Assembly (NCBI GenBank): GCA_001657395.1
Contig: LYSY01000012.1
Span: 18,909 to 82,908, forward strand
DNA: 64,000 bases
DNA from: Rhodospirillales bacterium BBD 1991-14
Lineage (GTDB): Bacteria > Pseudomonadota > Alphaproteobacteria > Kiloniellales > Kiloniellaceae
Direction: 5' to 3'
Shown: one piece after another, positions 17,154 to 25,890 of the stretch
How positions within the stretch are numbered: position 1 is the stretch's first letter
Layout of the letters: each line of letters starts with the position of its first letter
The notes under the pieces: model-generated
What the model saw: the letters and a program-made list of their open reading frames with translations, nothing else
Database searches by the model: none
Told to the model about the DNA's origin: nothing
Made by a program: the position numbers and the translations under genes

Positions 17154-18194
17154 TCAGATCGCCGCGATGATCGTCTGTACCGGGCTGACGTAGCGCGGCG
17201 GCTTCACGGTGACCACCGAGCAGTCGACGCTGTTGAGGATGTCCTCGGCGGTGTTGCCGATGATGAATCCGGGCACGCCGGTGCGCGCAATGCTGCCCAT
17301 GACGAGGAGGTCGGCCTTCAGCGCCTCGACCTGCATGGGAATGACGCTGCGCGCCTGGCCACGTTCCAGACGAAAGCGAAAAGTGATGCGCTCCGAATCC
17401 TCCGGACCGATCCAGGCGCGGGCCTGCTCGGCCAGCGCGGCGAGGGCGTTCCAGTGGGTGGCGCGCAGCTCGCTGGTATAGGCCTCCGCCGCATGCTCAG
17501 CCTCGTTTCCGCCGGCCCAGAGGCGCACCAGCCCCTCGCCGGGCGCGTCCCAGACATGGAGAAGATAGAGTTCCCCCTGTGCCGCTGCGGCGACTCGGCC
17601 CGCGACCTCAAGAATGCGGCGGTTCAGGCCGGCCAGGGTGGTCGGCTCGCCCGCAGAGGCGGCATCCACGTCGACAGCCGCGATCACCGTCTTGGCCGGT
17701 GTTGCGGCAGGGCCGTTGTGCAGCCAGACCGGGCAGGGGCACTTGCGCAGCAGGTGCTGGTCGGTGCTGGCGAACGCGAGGCGCGCCGCCCCGGGGAGCC
17801 GTTCGGCAGTTTTGAGGAGAAGGTCGACGTTTTCGGCGATCACGTGGCGGACGATCTCCAGAAACGGCTTGCCCACACGAAGGACGAGGACGGACTGCGG
17901 ATCGAGGGCCGCGCTGCCGATCAGGTTTTCCAGCGCCGCGCGGTACTCCTTCAGCCGGCGCTCTTCGATCTCCCGTGCCGAGACACCGGCGGCGCGGGCG
18001 ACACGATCGATCTCCGGCAGCGGCTCGAGGACGCCCAGGACCGTGAGGCGGGCGCCCCAGGCCGCGGCCAGCCCGGCAGCATTTTGCAGGAGGGCGCGGT
18101 CGCCGCCGTCCGCTCCGCAGACCATGAGGACATGCCGCGGTGCGACGGGAGCCTCCTGGCCATTCTGGAGGGCCATCGGATTGTCTTCGGTCAT
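17154..18194 (-). CDS. Universal stress protein with two tandem USP domains
   Basis: Two Usp-like halves (HVLMVCGADGG...LLLKTAE and VIAAVDVD...DLLVMGSIARTGVPGFIIGNTAEDILNSVDCSVVTV). ATGA overlap with the upstream antiporter gene. Confidence 0.85.
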   Translation of the reverse strand: MTEDNPMALQNGQEAPVAPRHVLMVCGADGGDRALLQNAAGLAAAWGARLTVLGVLEPLPEIDRVARAAGVSAREIEERRLKEYRAALENLIGSAALDPQSVLVLRVGKPFLEIVRHVIAENVDLLLKTAERLPGAARLAFASTDQHLLRKCPCPVWLHNGPAATPAKTVIAAVDVDAASAGEPTTLAGLNRRILEVAGRVAAAAQGELYLLHVWDAPGEGLVRLWAGGNEAEHAAEAYTSELRATHWNALAALAEQARAWIGPEDSERITFRFRLERGQARSVIPMQVEALKADLLVMGSIARTGVPGFIIGNTAEDILNSVDCSVVTVKPPRYVSPVQTIIAAI

Positions 18195-19924
18195 GCCGAG
18201 AGCTCCCGCTGTCCCTGCGGATCGTCGGCTTCGCTGTGGGGCGGCGAGATGCCGTTCTGGATCAGGGCGGCCGCGCGCGAGGCGGCGTCGCGGAAGGGCA
18301 TCAGCACCAGGTCCGCTCCTCCCGCCTCCAGCGCGTCGGCGGTCTCTTCCTGATGGGCGGCCACAGCGATCCGCCCGCCGAACTTCAGGTCGGTGAGGGA
18401 GCGGATGAGCGAGCGCCGCGGGTCGTCGTGCGAGACGCCGGTGTCGTGCTCCGGCACCGCGGAGACCGCCCAGCGCGCCTGGCCGAGGGGCAGATGGGCG
18501 AGGAACTCGGGGTCCGTCGCGTCGCCGAAGACGACATCGAAGCCACGCTCGCGGGCGTGGCGTACTGCCACAGGATTGAAGTCGACGCCCAGGACCCGCC
18601 AGCCGGCGCGGCTCAGTTCCTGGGCGATTCCCATGCCATAGCGGCCAAGTCCGAAGATCAGCACATCGCAGGCCGCGGTTTTGGCGGAAAGGCTTGCGTC
18701 TTCGGCCTGCCCGGCGGAGCGCCGCTCGAAGGGGCCGAGCAGGGGTTCGATCCGGCCGTAGATCTGATGAGAGTAGGTGATCATGTAGGTGGAGACGGCG
18801 ATGGTGATCAGGCCGACCAGGGTGACAAGGCCCAGCGCATCCTCTGCCACATGGCCGATCGACACGCCCATGGCCATGAAGATCAGCGAGAACTCGCTGA
18901 TCTGCGCGACGGTGAGGCCGGCGAGAAAGCCGGTGCGCTTGCGGTAGCCCATGGCCCCCATGATCGCCAGCACGATCAGCGGATTGCCGATGAGCACGAA
19001 GAGCGAAAAGATCACGGCGGCGAAGACGCTGGCGCCCAGGACCGAGAGGTCCAGCGAGGCGCCCAGCGCGATGAAGAAGAACAGCAGCAGGAAGTCGCGC
19101 AGCGAGGCGAGGCGCGCGGAGATCGCCTCGCGGAACGGTGTCGAGGCCAGCGAGACGCCGGCGAGCAGGCCGCCCAGTTCCTTGCCGAAGCCCAGGTAGT
19201 GGCCGAGAGCCGCCAGCAGAGCGGCCCAGCCGATGGCGAAGGAGACCAGAAGCTCCGGCGCGCGCGAAAGGCGCTCGACCAGCGGGTTGGCGAGGAAGCG
19301 CACGAAGAGGCCAACCGCGACCAGCATGGCCGCGCCATAGCCGAAAACCAGCAGCACGTCGGAGAAGGCCGCGTCGCCCCCGGTGCCCACGCCGATGGCC
19401 GAGAGCACGATCATCGCCAGCACGACAACCACATCCTGGACGATCAGGAAGCCGAGGGCGATGCGCCCGTGCAGGGAGTCGATCTCCCGCTTGTCGGACA
19501 GCAGCTTCACGATGATGATCGTCGACGAAAAGGTCAGCGCGACGGCGACATAGAGGCTCGTCAGGGTGCCGAGGCCGAGCGCCAGGCCGATCAGGAACCC
19601 GAAGATGGTGGTGAAGGCGACCTGTCCCAGCCCGGTCATCAGGGCAATGGGGCCCAGGGTGCGCACCAGCTTAAGGTCGAGCTTCAGACCGACCAGGAAC
19701 AGCAGCACGGCGATGCCGAGTTCGGCCAGAAGGTCGATGTGCTCGTCGGACTTGGCGATGTCGAAGACGGAAGGGCCGGCCAGGATGCCGACCGCGATAA
19801 AGCTCACGATCAAGGGCTGGCGCAGCATCAGACCGACGAAGCCGACGCTGGCCGCCAGCACCAGAAGGGCTGCGATTTCGTAGAAGATGTAACCGCCGAT
19901 GGCCTCGCTCATGACCTCGCTCAT
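18191..19924 (-). CDS. Kef-type (CPA2) monovalent cation:proton antiporter with C-terminal RCK/TrkA-N domain
   Basis: N-terminal Na_H_Exchanger-like membrane domain of 12-13 TM, then a Rossmann segment VLIFGLGRYGMGIAQEL. ATGA overlaps at both ends. Confidence 0.88.
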   Translation of the reverse strand: MSEVMSEAIGGYIFYEIAALLVLAASVGFVGLMLRQPLIVSFIAVGILAGPSVFDIAKSDEHIDLLAELGIAVLLFLVGLKLDLKLVRTLGPIALMTGLGQVAFTTIFGFLIGLALGLGTLTSLYVAVALTFSSTIIIVKLLSDKREIDSLHGRIALGFLIVQDVVVVLAMIVLSAIGVGTGGDAAFSDVLLVFGYGAAMLVAVGLFVRFLANPLVERLSRAPELLVSFAIGWAALLAALGHYLGFGKELGGLLAGVSLASTPFREAISARLASLRDFLLLFFFIALGASLDLSVLGASVFAAVIFSLFVLIGNPLIVLAIMGAMGYRKRTGFLAGLTVAQISEFSLIFMAMGVSIGHVAEDALGLVTLVGLITIAVSTYMITYSHQIYGRIEPLLGPFERRSAGQAEDASLSAKTAACDVLIFGLGRYGMGIAQELSRAGWRVLGVDFNPVAVRHARERGFDVVFGDATDPEFLAHLPLGQARWAVSAVPEHDTGVSHDDPRRSLIRSLTDLKFGGRIAVAAHQEETADALEAGGADLVLMPFRDAASRAAALIQNGISPPHSEADDPQGQRELSA

Positions 19925-22722
19925 GATTGGCGCGGCCGTGCTGTCAGCGGGCTATGCGGAGATTCCGTGCGGCCGATCCCGAAGATGCGCTGGCGCAGGC
20001 GCTTCTCCAGCTCCAGGATCAGCATCACCGCCACGCCGACGGCGACGATCTGCAGTCCCTCGAGAAGGCTGAGCGGCCGGGTGTCGAAGAAGGCTTCCAT
20101 GAAGGGCGCATAGGTGAAGAGGAACTGCAGCGCCGTTACGGCCGTGATGGCGATCAGCACCGGCTTGGTTCCGACGACGCCCCTGAGCGTCAGGGAGGTG
20201 TCGTTCAGATAGCGGACGGAGAAGAGGTAGAAGATCTCCATCACCACCAGGGTGTTGACGGCGACAGTCCGCGCTTCCTCGATGCTGGCGCCCTGGGCCT
20301 GGGCCAGGGCGAATTTGCCGAAGATCCCGCCGCAAAACAGCAGGGAGACGAAGGCCACCCGCCAGACCACGAAGGCCGAGAGAATCGCTTCGCCCGGCGC
20401 GCGGGGCGGGCGGCGCATGACGCCCCGCTCCGAGGCCTCGAAGGCCAGGGTCATGGCCAGCACCACCGAGCTCACCATGTTGATCCAGAGGATCTGCACG
20501 GGGGTGATCGGCAGGGTGAGGCTGAAGAGGATGGCGATGATAAGGCTCAAGGACTCGCCGCCGTTTACCGGCAGCAGGAAGATGATCGCCTTCTTGAGGT
20601 TGTCGTAGACCGTACGCCCGGCTTTCACCGCGGCGGCGATGGTGGCGAAGTTGTCGTCGGCGAGAACGATTTCCGCGGCTTCCTTGGCGGCTTCGGTGCC
20701 CTTGCGGCCCATGGCGATGCCGATGTCGGCGCGCTTCAGGGCCGGGGCGTCGTTGACCCCGTCGCCGGTCATGGCGACCACCGCGCCGCTGGCCTGCAGC
20801 GCCTCGACCAGCCTCAGCTTGTGTTCCGGGCTGGTCCGGGCGAAGACGTCCACCTCCGCGGCGCGGCGGCTGAGGGTCTCCGCATCCAGGCCGTCGATCT
20901 CGGCGCCCTGCAGCACATCGCGGGTGTTCTCGAGGTTGAGCTGGCGTGCAATGGCCTGGGCCGTACCGGCGTGATCGCCGGTGATCATCTTCACCCGGAT
21001 GCCGGCGGCGCGGCAGTCCGCCACCGCGGCCACGGCCTCCTCGCGCGGCGGATCGATCAGGCCGACCAGCCCGAGCAGCGTCAGGCCATCGGCCACGTCG
21101 TCGAAGCGCAGGGCGCTGTGCTCCCAGGGTGTCCTCTTGCTGGCGATGGCCAGCACGCGCTGGCCCTCGGCGGCGATCGCATCGGCGCGGCGGTGCCAGT
21201 AGTCCCTGTCCAGCGGCTCTGTGCGCCCGTCATCGTGATGCTGCCACTGGCACATCTCCAGCAGGCGTTCCGGCGCGCCCTTCACGTAGATTGCCGCCTG
21301 ACCGCTGTGGTCGTGGTGCAGGCTGGCCATGAAGCGGTGCTGGGAATCGAAGGGGATTGAATCGGTGCGGGGGTGGGCGCCGCGCTCGAAAGCCGGGTCG
21401 AGACCGGCCTTGTGGGCCAAGGTGACCAGCGCACCCTCCATGGGATCGCCGACCACGTGCCAGTCGTCGCCCTGTGCCGTGAGCTCCGCCTCACTGCAGA
21501 GAAAGGCGGCGCGGGTCAGCCCGGCCAGGAGGGGAAAGTCCCCGGCCTCGATATCGCGCCCCTCGATGTCAGGTCCCTCGATATTGGGCCCTGCGAGCGC
21601 GAAGCCGCCGTGCGGCGCATAGCCCGTGCCGGAGACCGCGAAGAGCTGGCGTGCGGTGGCCACGGAGGCGACGGTCATCTCGTTCTTGGTGAGCGTGCCG
21701 GTCTTATCAGAGCAGATGACCGAGACCGAGCCCAGGGCCTCGATCGCCGGCAGCCGGCGGACGATGGCGTGGCGCGCCGCCATGCCCTGAACGCCGATGG
21801 CGAGGGTGACGGTCAGGATGGCCGGCAGGCCCTCCGGGATGGCGGCCACCGAGAGGCCGACAACGGCCATGAAGAGCTCGCTGAAGCCGTAGTCCCCGAG
21901 CGTCAGGCCGAAGACAAGAATCGCGGCACTGGCCGCCAGGATGAACAGGGTCAGCCACTTCGCGAAGACCGCCATCTGGCGAATCAGGGGCGTGGTGGTC
22001 GACTGCACCTCGGCAATCAGCGCGCTGACCTGGCCCAGCTCCGTCGCGGCCCCGGTCGCCACGGCAACGCCGCGGCCCTGACCGGCCGCCACCAGAGTGC
22101 CGCTGAAGGCCAGGCAACTGCGGTCGCCGAGGGGGGCCTCGCCGGCGACCGGCGTCGTCGCCTTGTCGACCGCAACGGATTCGCCCGTCAGGACGGCTTC
22201 CTGGACCTTCAGTCCCCGGGTGTCGAGCAGCCTGAGGTCAGCGGGCACGCGATCGCCGGCTTCCAGGATGACGATGTCGCCGGGAACGATGTCCTCGCCG
22301 TCGACGGTCTGCCGCCGTCCTGCGCGCAGCACGGTTGCTTTGGGGGCCAGCATGTCGCGGATGGCGGCCAGCGCCCGTTCGGCCTTGCCTTCCTGAATGA
22401 AGCCGATCACCGCGTTCACGAAGACCACCGCGACGATGACCCCGGTGTCGACCAGGTGGCCCAGGGCCGCTGTGGTGGCCGCCGCCGCCAGCAGCACGTA
22501 TATCAGGAGGTTGTGAAACTGACGCAGGAAGCGCAGCAAGGGCCCCTGCCGCTTGGGCTCCGGCAGACGGTTGTGGCCGAAGCGCGCAAGCCGCGCGGAG
22601 GTTTCCTGATCATCAAGCCCCTGCTCGGCGCTCGCGGAGAGGGCTTCCAGGGCTTCCTGATGCGGCCGGTTGTGCCAGGTGGTCGGCGCTTGTTTTTCCG
22701 GGCCAGCCTCTACGCGAGGCAT
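19921..22722 (-). CDS. P-type (P2-like, HAD-IC) cation-transporting ATPase
   Basis: Phosphorylation motif CSDKTGTLT, TGES actuator motif (LTGESVAV), PEGLPA transport-site motif (IPEGLPAIL), hinge MTGDGVNDAPAL, and an N-terminal Cation_ATPase_N-like segment. Confidence 0.92.
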   Translation of the reverse strand: MPRVEAGPEKQAPTTWHNRPHQEALEALSASAEQGLDDQETSARLARFGHNRLPEPKRQGPLLRFLRQFHNLLIYVLLAAAATTAALGHLVDTGVIVAVVFVNAVIGFIQEGKAERALAAIRDMLAPKATVLRAGRRQTVDGEDIVPGDIVILEAGDRVPADLRLLDTRGLKVQEAVLTGESVAVDKATTPVAGEAPLGDRSCLAFSGTLVAAGQGRGVAVATGAATELGQVSALIAEVQSTTTPLIRQMAVFAKWLTLFILAASAAILVFGLTLGDYGFSELFMAVVGLSVAAIPEGLPAILTVTLAIGVQGMAARHAIVRRLPAIEALGSVSVICSDKTGTLTKNEMTVASVATARQLFAVSGTGYAPHGGFALAGPNIEGPDIEGRDIEAGDFPLLAGLTRAAFLCSEAELTAQGDDWHVVGDPMEGALVTLAHKAGLDPAFERGAHPRTDSIPFDSQHRFMASLHHDHSGQAAIYVKGAPERLLEMCQWQHHDDGRTEPLDRDYWHRRADAIAAEGQRVLAIASKRTPWEHSALRFDDVADGLTLLGLVGLIDPPREEAVAAVADCRAAGIRVKMITGDHAGTAQAIARQLNLENTRDVLQGAEIDGLDAETLSRRAAEVDVFARTSPEHKLRLVEALQASGAVVAMTGDGVNDAPALKRADIGIAMGRKGTEAAKEAAEIVLADDNFATIAAAVKAGRTVYDNLKKAIIFLLPVNGGESLSLIIAILFSLTLPITPVQILWINMVSSVVLAMTLAFEASERGVMRRPPRAPGEAILSAFVVWRVAFVSLLFCGGIFGKFALAQAQGASIEEARTVAVNTLVVMEIFYLFSVRYLNDTSLTLRGVVGTKPVLIAITAVTALQFLFTYAPFMEAFFDTRPLSLLEGLQIVAVGVAVMLILELEKRLRQRIFGIGRTESPHSPLTARPRQS

Positions 22723-22743
22723 GCCGGCACCGCTCGATCACTC

Positions 22744-22803
22744 CGGTTGGCATTCCGGCTGGCGCCCCGGTTGGCATCCCGGTTGGCATCCCGACTGGGC
22801 AGG
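22744..22803. repeat. Five tandem 12-bp repeats (consensus CCGGTTGGCATC) filling the HTH/ATPase intergenic spacer
   Basis: Units are 22744-55 ccggttggcatt, 22756-67 ccggctggcgcc, 22768-79 ccggttggcatc, 22780-91 ccggttggcatc and 22792-803 ccgactgggcag. Confidence 0.9.
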
Positions 22804-22809
22804 GTATCT

Positions 22810-23019
22810 TCAGCCGTCCTTCGTTTCCTTGCCACAGCTCGGCGCGCGCGTGGCGTGTTCATTTACAAAGGCCTCCAGGTCCTCGACAGCCACCCGGAAC
22901 TCGCGGCCCAGTCGTATTGCGCGAAGTTCTTCATGGTGGATCCAAGACCGCACAGTCGACTCCCGCACTTTCAGGAGCTCTGCAATTTCCTGTGTGGTCA
23001 TGAATGGTTTACTGAGCAT
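22810..23019 (-). CDS. Small excisionase/MerR-superfamily HTH (HTH_17-type) DNA-binding protein
   Basis: 69 aa. FMTTQEIAELLKVRESTVRSWIHHEELRAIRLGREFRVAVEDLEAFV is the typical excisionase-family DNA-binding domain. It lies directly upstream of the ATPase and is co-oriented with it. Confidence 0.7.
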   Translation of the reverse strand: MLSKPFMTTQEIAELLKVRESTVRSWIHHEELRAIRLGREFRVAVEDLEAFVNEHATRAPSCGKETKDG

Positions 23020-23138
23020 GCTTCGGTCCCGCTGGGAATCATATAAGACTGCCGAGGGCCGTTCAAAGTGTTTCGGGCGGTTTGATCGCTTTTCAGGGGG
23101 CAGTTCGATCGGCGCCGGCCAATCCGTCGAGCCTGCGT

Positions 23139-24338
23139 TCAGGCGGCGGTTTTCTTCACCAGCAGGTTCTGGTCCGGGGAGAACTGGCGGATCAGCGGCA
23201 GGATCGCGGCGCCGCAGACCCGCGCCCGGGGACCCACGTTGCCGCGGCGGATCTCCAGCGGACTGGTGCCGGTGAGGTCGATCCCGGTCAGCGCCGCCCG
23301 GACGTCGGCGACAAAGGCTTCGACCTCCTCGCCGTGCAGCATGGCGTCGATGACGACGCCCTCGAAGTCGATGATGCTGATGGCCGCAGCGATCGCCTGG
23401 GCGATGGGCGGGGCCGCACTGCGCCGCCAGCGGGCAAAGGCCTCGGCCGCGCGGGGGTCGCGCACCAGATCGGCAATCATGCCGTCGCCGCTTATGCCTG
23501 CCTTGCGGACCTCGTCCGTCAGGCGAAACAGCGAGCCCTGGCGGATCAACTGCTCAAGTCGGCCATCCGCCGCAGCGACGGGAATGGACCCGATCGCACC
23601 CGCGTTGCGCCGCGTGCCTTCGAAGAGGCGTCCGTCGATCACCACGCCGCCGCCGACGAAGGTGCCGACGTAGATGTAGAGCGCCGACGAAAAGGTGAGC
23701 GCGCCGCCCAGGGTCATCTCCGCGGCGCAGGCCGCCGTGGCGTCGTTGTGCACTTCGACCGGCAGGCCGGTCAGTTCGGCAACGGCAGCGGCGATGTCGA
23801 CCTTGTCCCAGTCCGCCAGCTCGCTGGGGTCGAGCCCCATCACGTCGGTCCAGGCCGAAAGCTGGCCGGGCATGGCGACGCCGACGCCGACGATGCGGCT
23901 GCGCAGCGTCTCCTCCAGGCCGTCCAGCAGGCCGGTCAACTCGCGCCGCAGCAGGGCCGTGACTTCGACCCGGCGCGGCGCGGGGTAGGGAAACTGCCGG
24001 TATTCGACCGCCTGGCCGTGAAAGTCCACCAGCATCAGTTCCAGGCTGCGGCGCCCGATCTTGACCCCGAGCGAGAGCACGCCCCGGGCGTTCAGGGCGA
24101 TGGGGGTATGGGGCTGGCCCACCTTGCCGCGCACCTTCTTTTCCTTGCGGACCAGGCCTTCCTTCAGAAGGGTGTTGACGATGACCGAGACGGCCTGGGC
24201 GCTGAGGCCGGTGTGGCGGGCGATCTCGGCTTTCGGCAGGGCTCCGGCCTGGCGGATCAGATCCAGGATCATCCGCTTGTTGTAGGCCCTGAGGCCGACC
24301 TGATCGCCGCCGCGGATCTGAAAGTCACCCTCGCTCAT
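23139..24338 (-). CDS. ROK family transcriptional regulator (NagC/XylR/FrcR-like)
   Basis: N-terminal wHTH (NKRMILDLIRQAGALPKAEIARHTGLSAQAVSVIVNTLLKEGLV) plus a ROK sugar-kinase-like domain (VGVAMPG, YIYVGTFVGGGVVIDGRLFEG). Divergent from the sugar ABC operon. Confidence 0.88.
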   Translation of the reverse strand: MSEGDFQIRGGDQVGLRAYNKRMILDLIRQAGALPKAEIARHTGLSAQAVSVIVNTLLKEGLVRKEKKVRGKVGQPHTPIALNARGVLSLGVKIGRRSLELMLVDFHGQAVEYRQFPYPAPRRVEVTALLRRELTGLLDGLEETLRSRIVGVGVAMPGQLSAWTDVMGLDPSELADWDKVDIAAAVAELTGLPVEVHNDATAACAAEMTLGGALTFSSALYIYVGTFVGGGVVIDGRLFEGTRRNAGAIGSIPVAAADGRLEQLIRQGSLFRLTDEVRKAGISGDGMIADLVRDPRAAEAFARWRRSAAPPIAQAIAAAISIIDFEGVVIDAMLHGEEVEAFVADVRAALTGIDLTGTSPLEIRRGNVGPRARVCGAAILPLIRQFSPDQNLLVKKTAA

Positions 24339-24440
24339 GATGGTCTTCGCGCCTTGGCTCCCGCCGCCGGAAAGGTGCCGGCCCGCGCGCCTCCCGGCCC
24401 ACGGACTGCTGCGACAGAATGCGGCTTTCCCCTGCGCGGA

Positions 24441-24470
24441 GCAAATAATTCTTATTGATTTATTATTTGC
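24441..24470. promoter_or_regulatory. AT-rich palindrome GCAAATAAT-N12-ATTATTTGC; candidate operator box 1 in the ROK/ABC divergent region
   Basis: Perfect 9-bp arms at 24441-24449 and 24462-24470. An extreme AT-rich patch in GC-rich DNA. Confidence 0.4.
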
Positions 24471-24529
24471 GGGCGATGCAACCCTGGGGCTTGCCCGCCT
24501 CTGCAGGGTGCTTCGAGGCGGCCTTGGGG

Positions 24530-24560
24530 CAATAAAAAACTCAATGTGATTTATTTATTG
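24530..24560. promoter_or_regulatory. AT-rich palindrome CAATAAA-N17-TTTATTG; candidate operator box 2, sharing a TGATTTATT core with box 1
   Basis: 7-bp arms at 24530-24536 and 24554-24560. The internal GTGATTTATTTATTG resembles TTGATTTATTATTTG of box 1. Confidence 0.4.
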
Positions 24561-24694
24561 ACAGCCGAGGAGGCGGGCGGTTAAATCGAACCATAAGGAG
24601 CAGGCTGCGCCCATCAGGCCGGCCCGGCAAGAAGCTCCGTGCCAATGAAGTTCAAACGCTCTTAGGCCAAACGCTCTTAGGGAGGAGCTCTATC

Positions 24695-25732
24695 ATGAAG
24701 TCCGCCATGAAGTATGGTGTCATCGGAACGATCACGGCCGCGGGCCTGATGGCCCTGGTCGGCCTGTCGGCGCCGGCCCAGGCCGACGACGTCATCATCG
24801 GTCTCATCACCAAGACCAACACGAACCCCTTTTTCGTGAAGATGCGCGAAGGCGCCCAGGCCAAGGCCGAGGAACTGGGGGCCGAACTGCGCACCTTCGC
24901 CGGCAAGTACGACGGCGACAACGCGGCGCAGATCGAGGCTATCGAAAGCCTGGTCGCCGCCGGCGCCAAGGGCATCCTGATCACCCCCTCCGATCCGGCG
25001 GGGCTGGCCGACACCGTGCGCCGCGCGCGCGAGGCCGGGTTGCTGGTGATTGCCCTCGACACACCCTTCGATCCGCCGGAGGTTGCCGATGCAACCTTCG
25101 CCACCGACAACTTCCGCGCCGGCGAACTGATCGGCCAGTGGGCCGCGGCCAAGATGGGCGATACGGCCCAGGCCAAGATCGCCACCCTGGATCTCTCCGA
25201 AGCGCAGATCACCGTGGATGTGCTGCGCAACCAGGGCTTCCTGAAAGGGTTCGGTGTCGATACGAAGAACATCAACAAGATGTACGACGAGGACGATCCA
25301 CGTCTGGTCGGCGGCGACTCCACCCTGGGCTCGGAGGAGGGCGGACGCACGGCCATCGAGAACCTGATGCAGAGAGACCCGGGCATCAACGTCATCCACA
25401 CCATCAACGAGCCTGCCGCCGCCGGCGCCTACGAGGGCCTCAAGTCCTTCGGCATGGCCGGCAAGGTGCTGATCGTCTCGGTCGACGGCGGTTGCCCAGG
25501 CGTGCAGAACGTCAAGGAAGGCATCATCGGTGCGACCTCCATGCAGTTCCCGCTGCGCATGGCCTCGCTCGGCGTCGAAGCGGTGGTGGAGTTCGCCAAA
25601 TCCGGCAAGAAGCCGGAGAACACGGCGGGCCTGAGCTTCTTCGACACCGGCGTCGAACTGGTGACCGACGAGCCGGTCGACGGCCTTCCCTCGATTTCCT
25701 CGGAAGAAGCGCTGGCCAAGTGTTGGGGCTGA
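24695..25732 (+). CDS. frcB: Sugar ABC transporter periplasmic binding protein (type-1 PBP; fructose-binding FrcB-like)
   Basis: Signal peptide, then [39 protein letters not shown] and VSVDGGCPG, ending KCWG. The locus architecture (divergent ROK regulator, SBP, permease, single-NBD ATPase) matches my recollection of the S. meliloti frc locus; the symbol is tentative. RBS GGAGGAG lies 7 nt before the ATG. Confidence 0.88.
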   Translation: MKSAMKYGVIGTITAAGLMALVGLSAPAQADDVIIGLITKTNTNPFFVKMREGAQAKAEELGAELRTFAGKYDGDNAAQIEAIESLVAAGAKGILITPSDPAGLADTVRRAREAGLLVIALDTPFDPPEVADATFATDNFRAGELIGQWAAAKMGDTAQAKIATLDLSEAQITVDVLRNQGFLKGFGVDTKNINKMYDEDDPRLVGGDSTLGSEEGGRTAIENLMQRDPGINVIHTINEPAAAGAYEGLKSFGMAGKVLIVSVDGGCPGVQNVKEGIIGATSMQFPLRMASLGVEAVVEFAKSGKKPENTAGLSFFDTGVELVTDEPVDGLPSISSEEALAKCWG

Positions 25733-25749
25733 GGCGCCGGTAAGGCGTT

Positions 25750-25769
25750 CCCCGCGTCAGCACGCGGGG
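25750..25769 (+). promoter_or_regulatory. Intercistronic stem-loop after the binding-protein gene
   Basis: CCCCGCG-tcagca-CGCGGGG (7-bp stem, 6-nt loop), no U-tract. Confidence 0.3.
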
Positions 25770-25890
25770 GGATGGGAGGGCAGCGGCCCCAGGCGCCGTG
25801 CCCTCCCGCAGGCCGCAAATCCAAAGCCCAGACGCAGGGCCCGGGCATCGCACAGTATGGCCGGACCCTCTAACCGGGGAGGAAACCGCT

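Noticed and set aside
22738-22812. TGA read-through or selenocysteine recoding linking the HTH gene, the Cys-Pro repeat and the ATPase
   Set aside because: I see no SECIS-like hairpin immediately downstream of either TGA, two consecutive recoding events would be needed, and sharing a frame has a one-in-three chance. I keep it only as a note inside the repeat finding, to be settled by comparative sequences.
22810-23019. Excisionase-type HTH as a marker of a prophage or integrative element
   Set aside because: There is no integrase, att-like direct repeats, tRNA gene, phage structural genes or transposase anywhere nearby. The gene is tightly linked to and co-oriented with the ion-transport operon.
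18140-23046. Long plus-strand ORFs (18140..20113, 19927..21360, 21373..23046) opposite the USP/Kef/ATPase operon
   Set aside because: The minus-strand frames contain diagnostic P-type ATPase (DKTGT, TGDGVNDAPAL), CPA2 and USP motifs. The plus-strand translations are Arg/Gly/Asp/Gln-rich strings without membrane segments or motifs.
22670-23275. 201-aa plus-strand ORF with a GWHSGWRPGWHPGWHPDW repeat
   Set aside because: The peptide repeat is just the 12-bp DNA repeat read on the non-transcribed strand. The ORF is antisense to the ATPase 5' end and the HTH gene and lacks a plausible start context.
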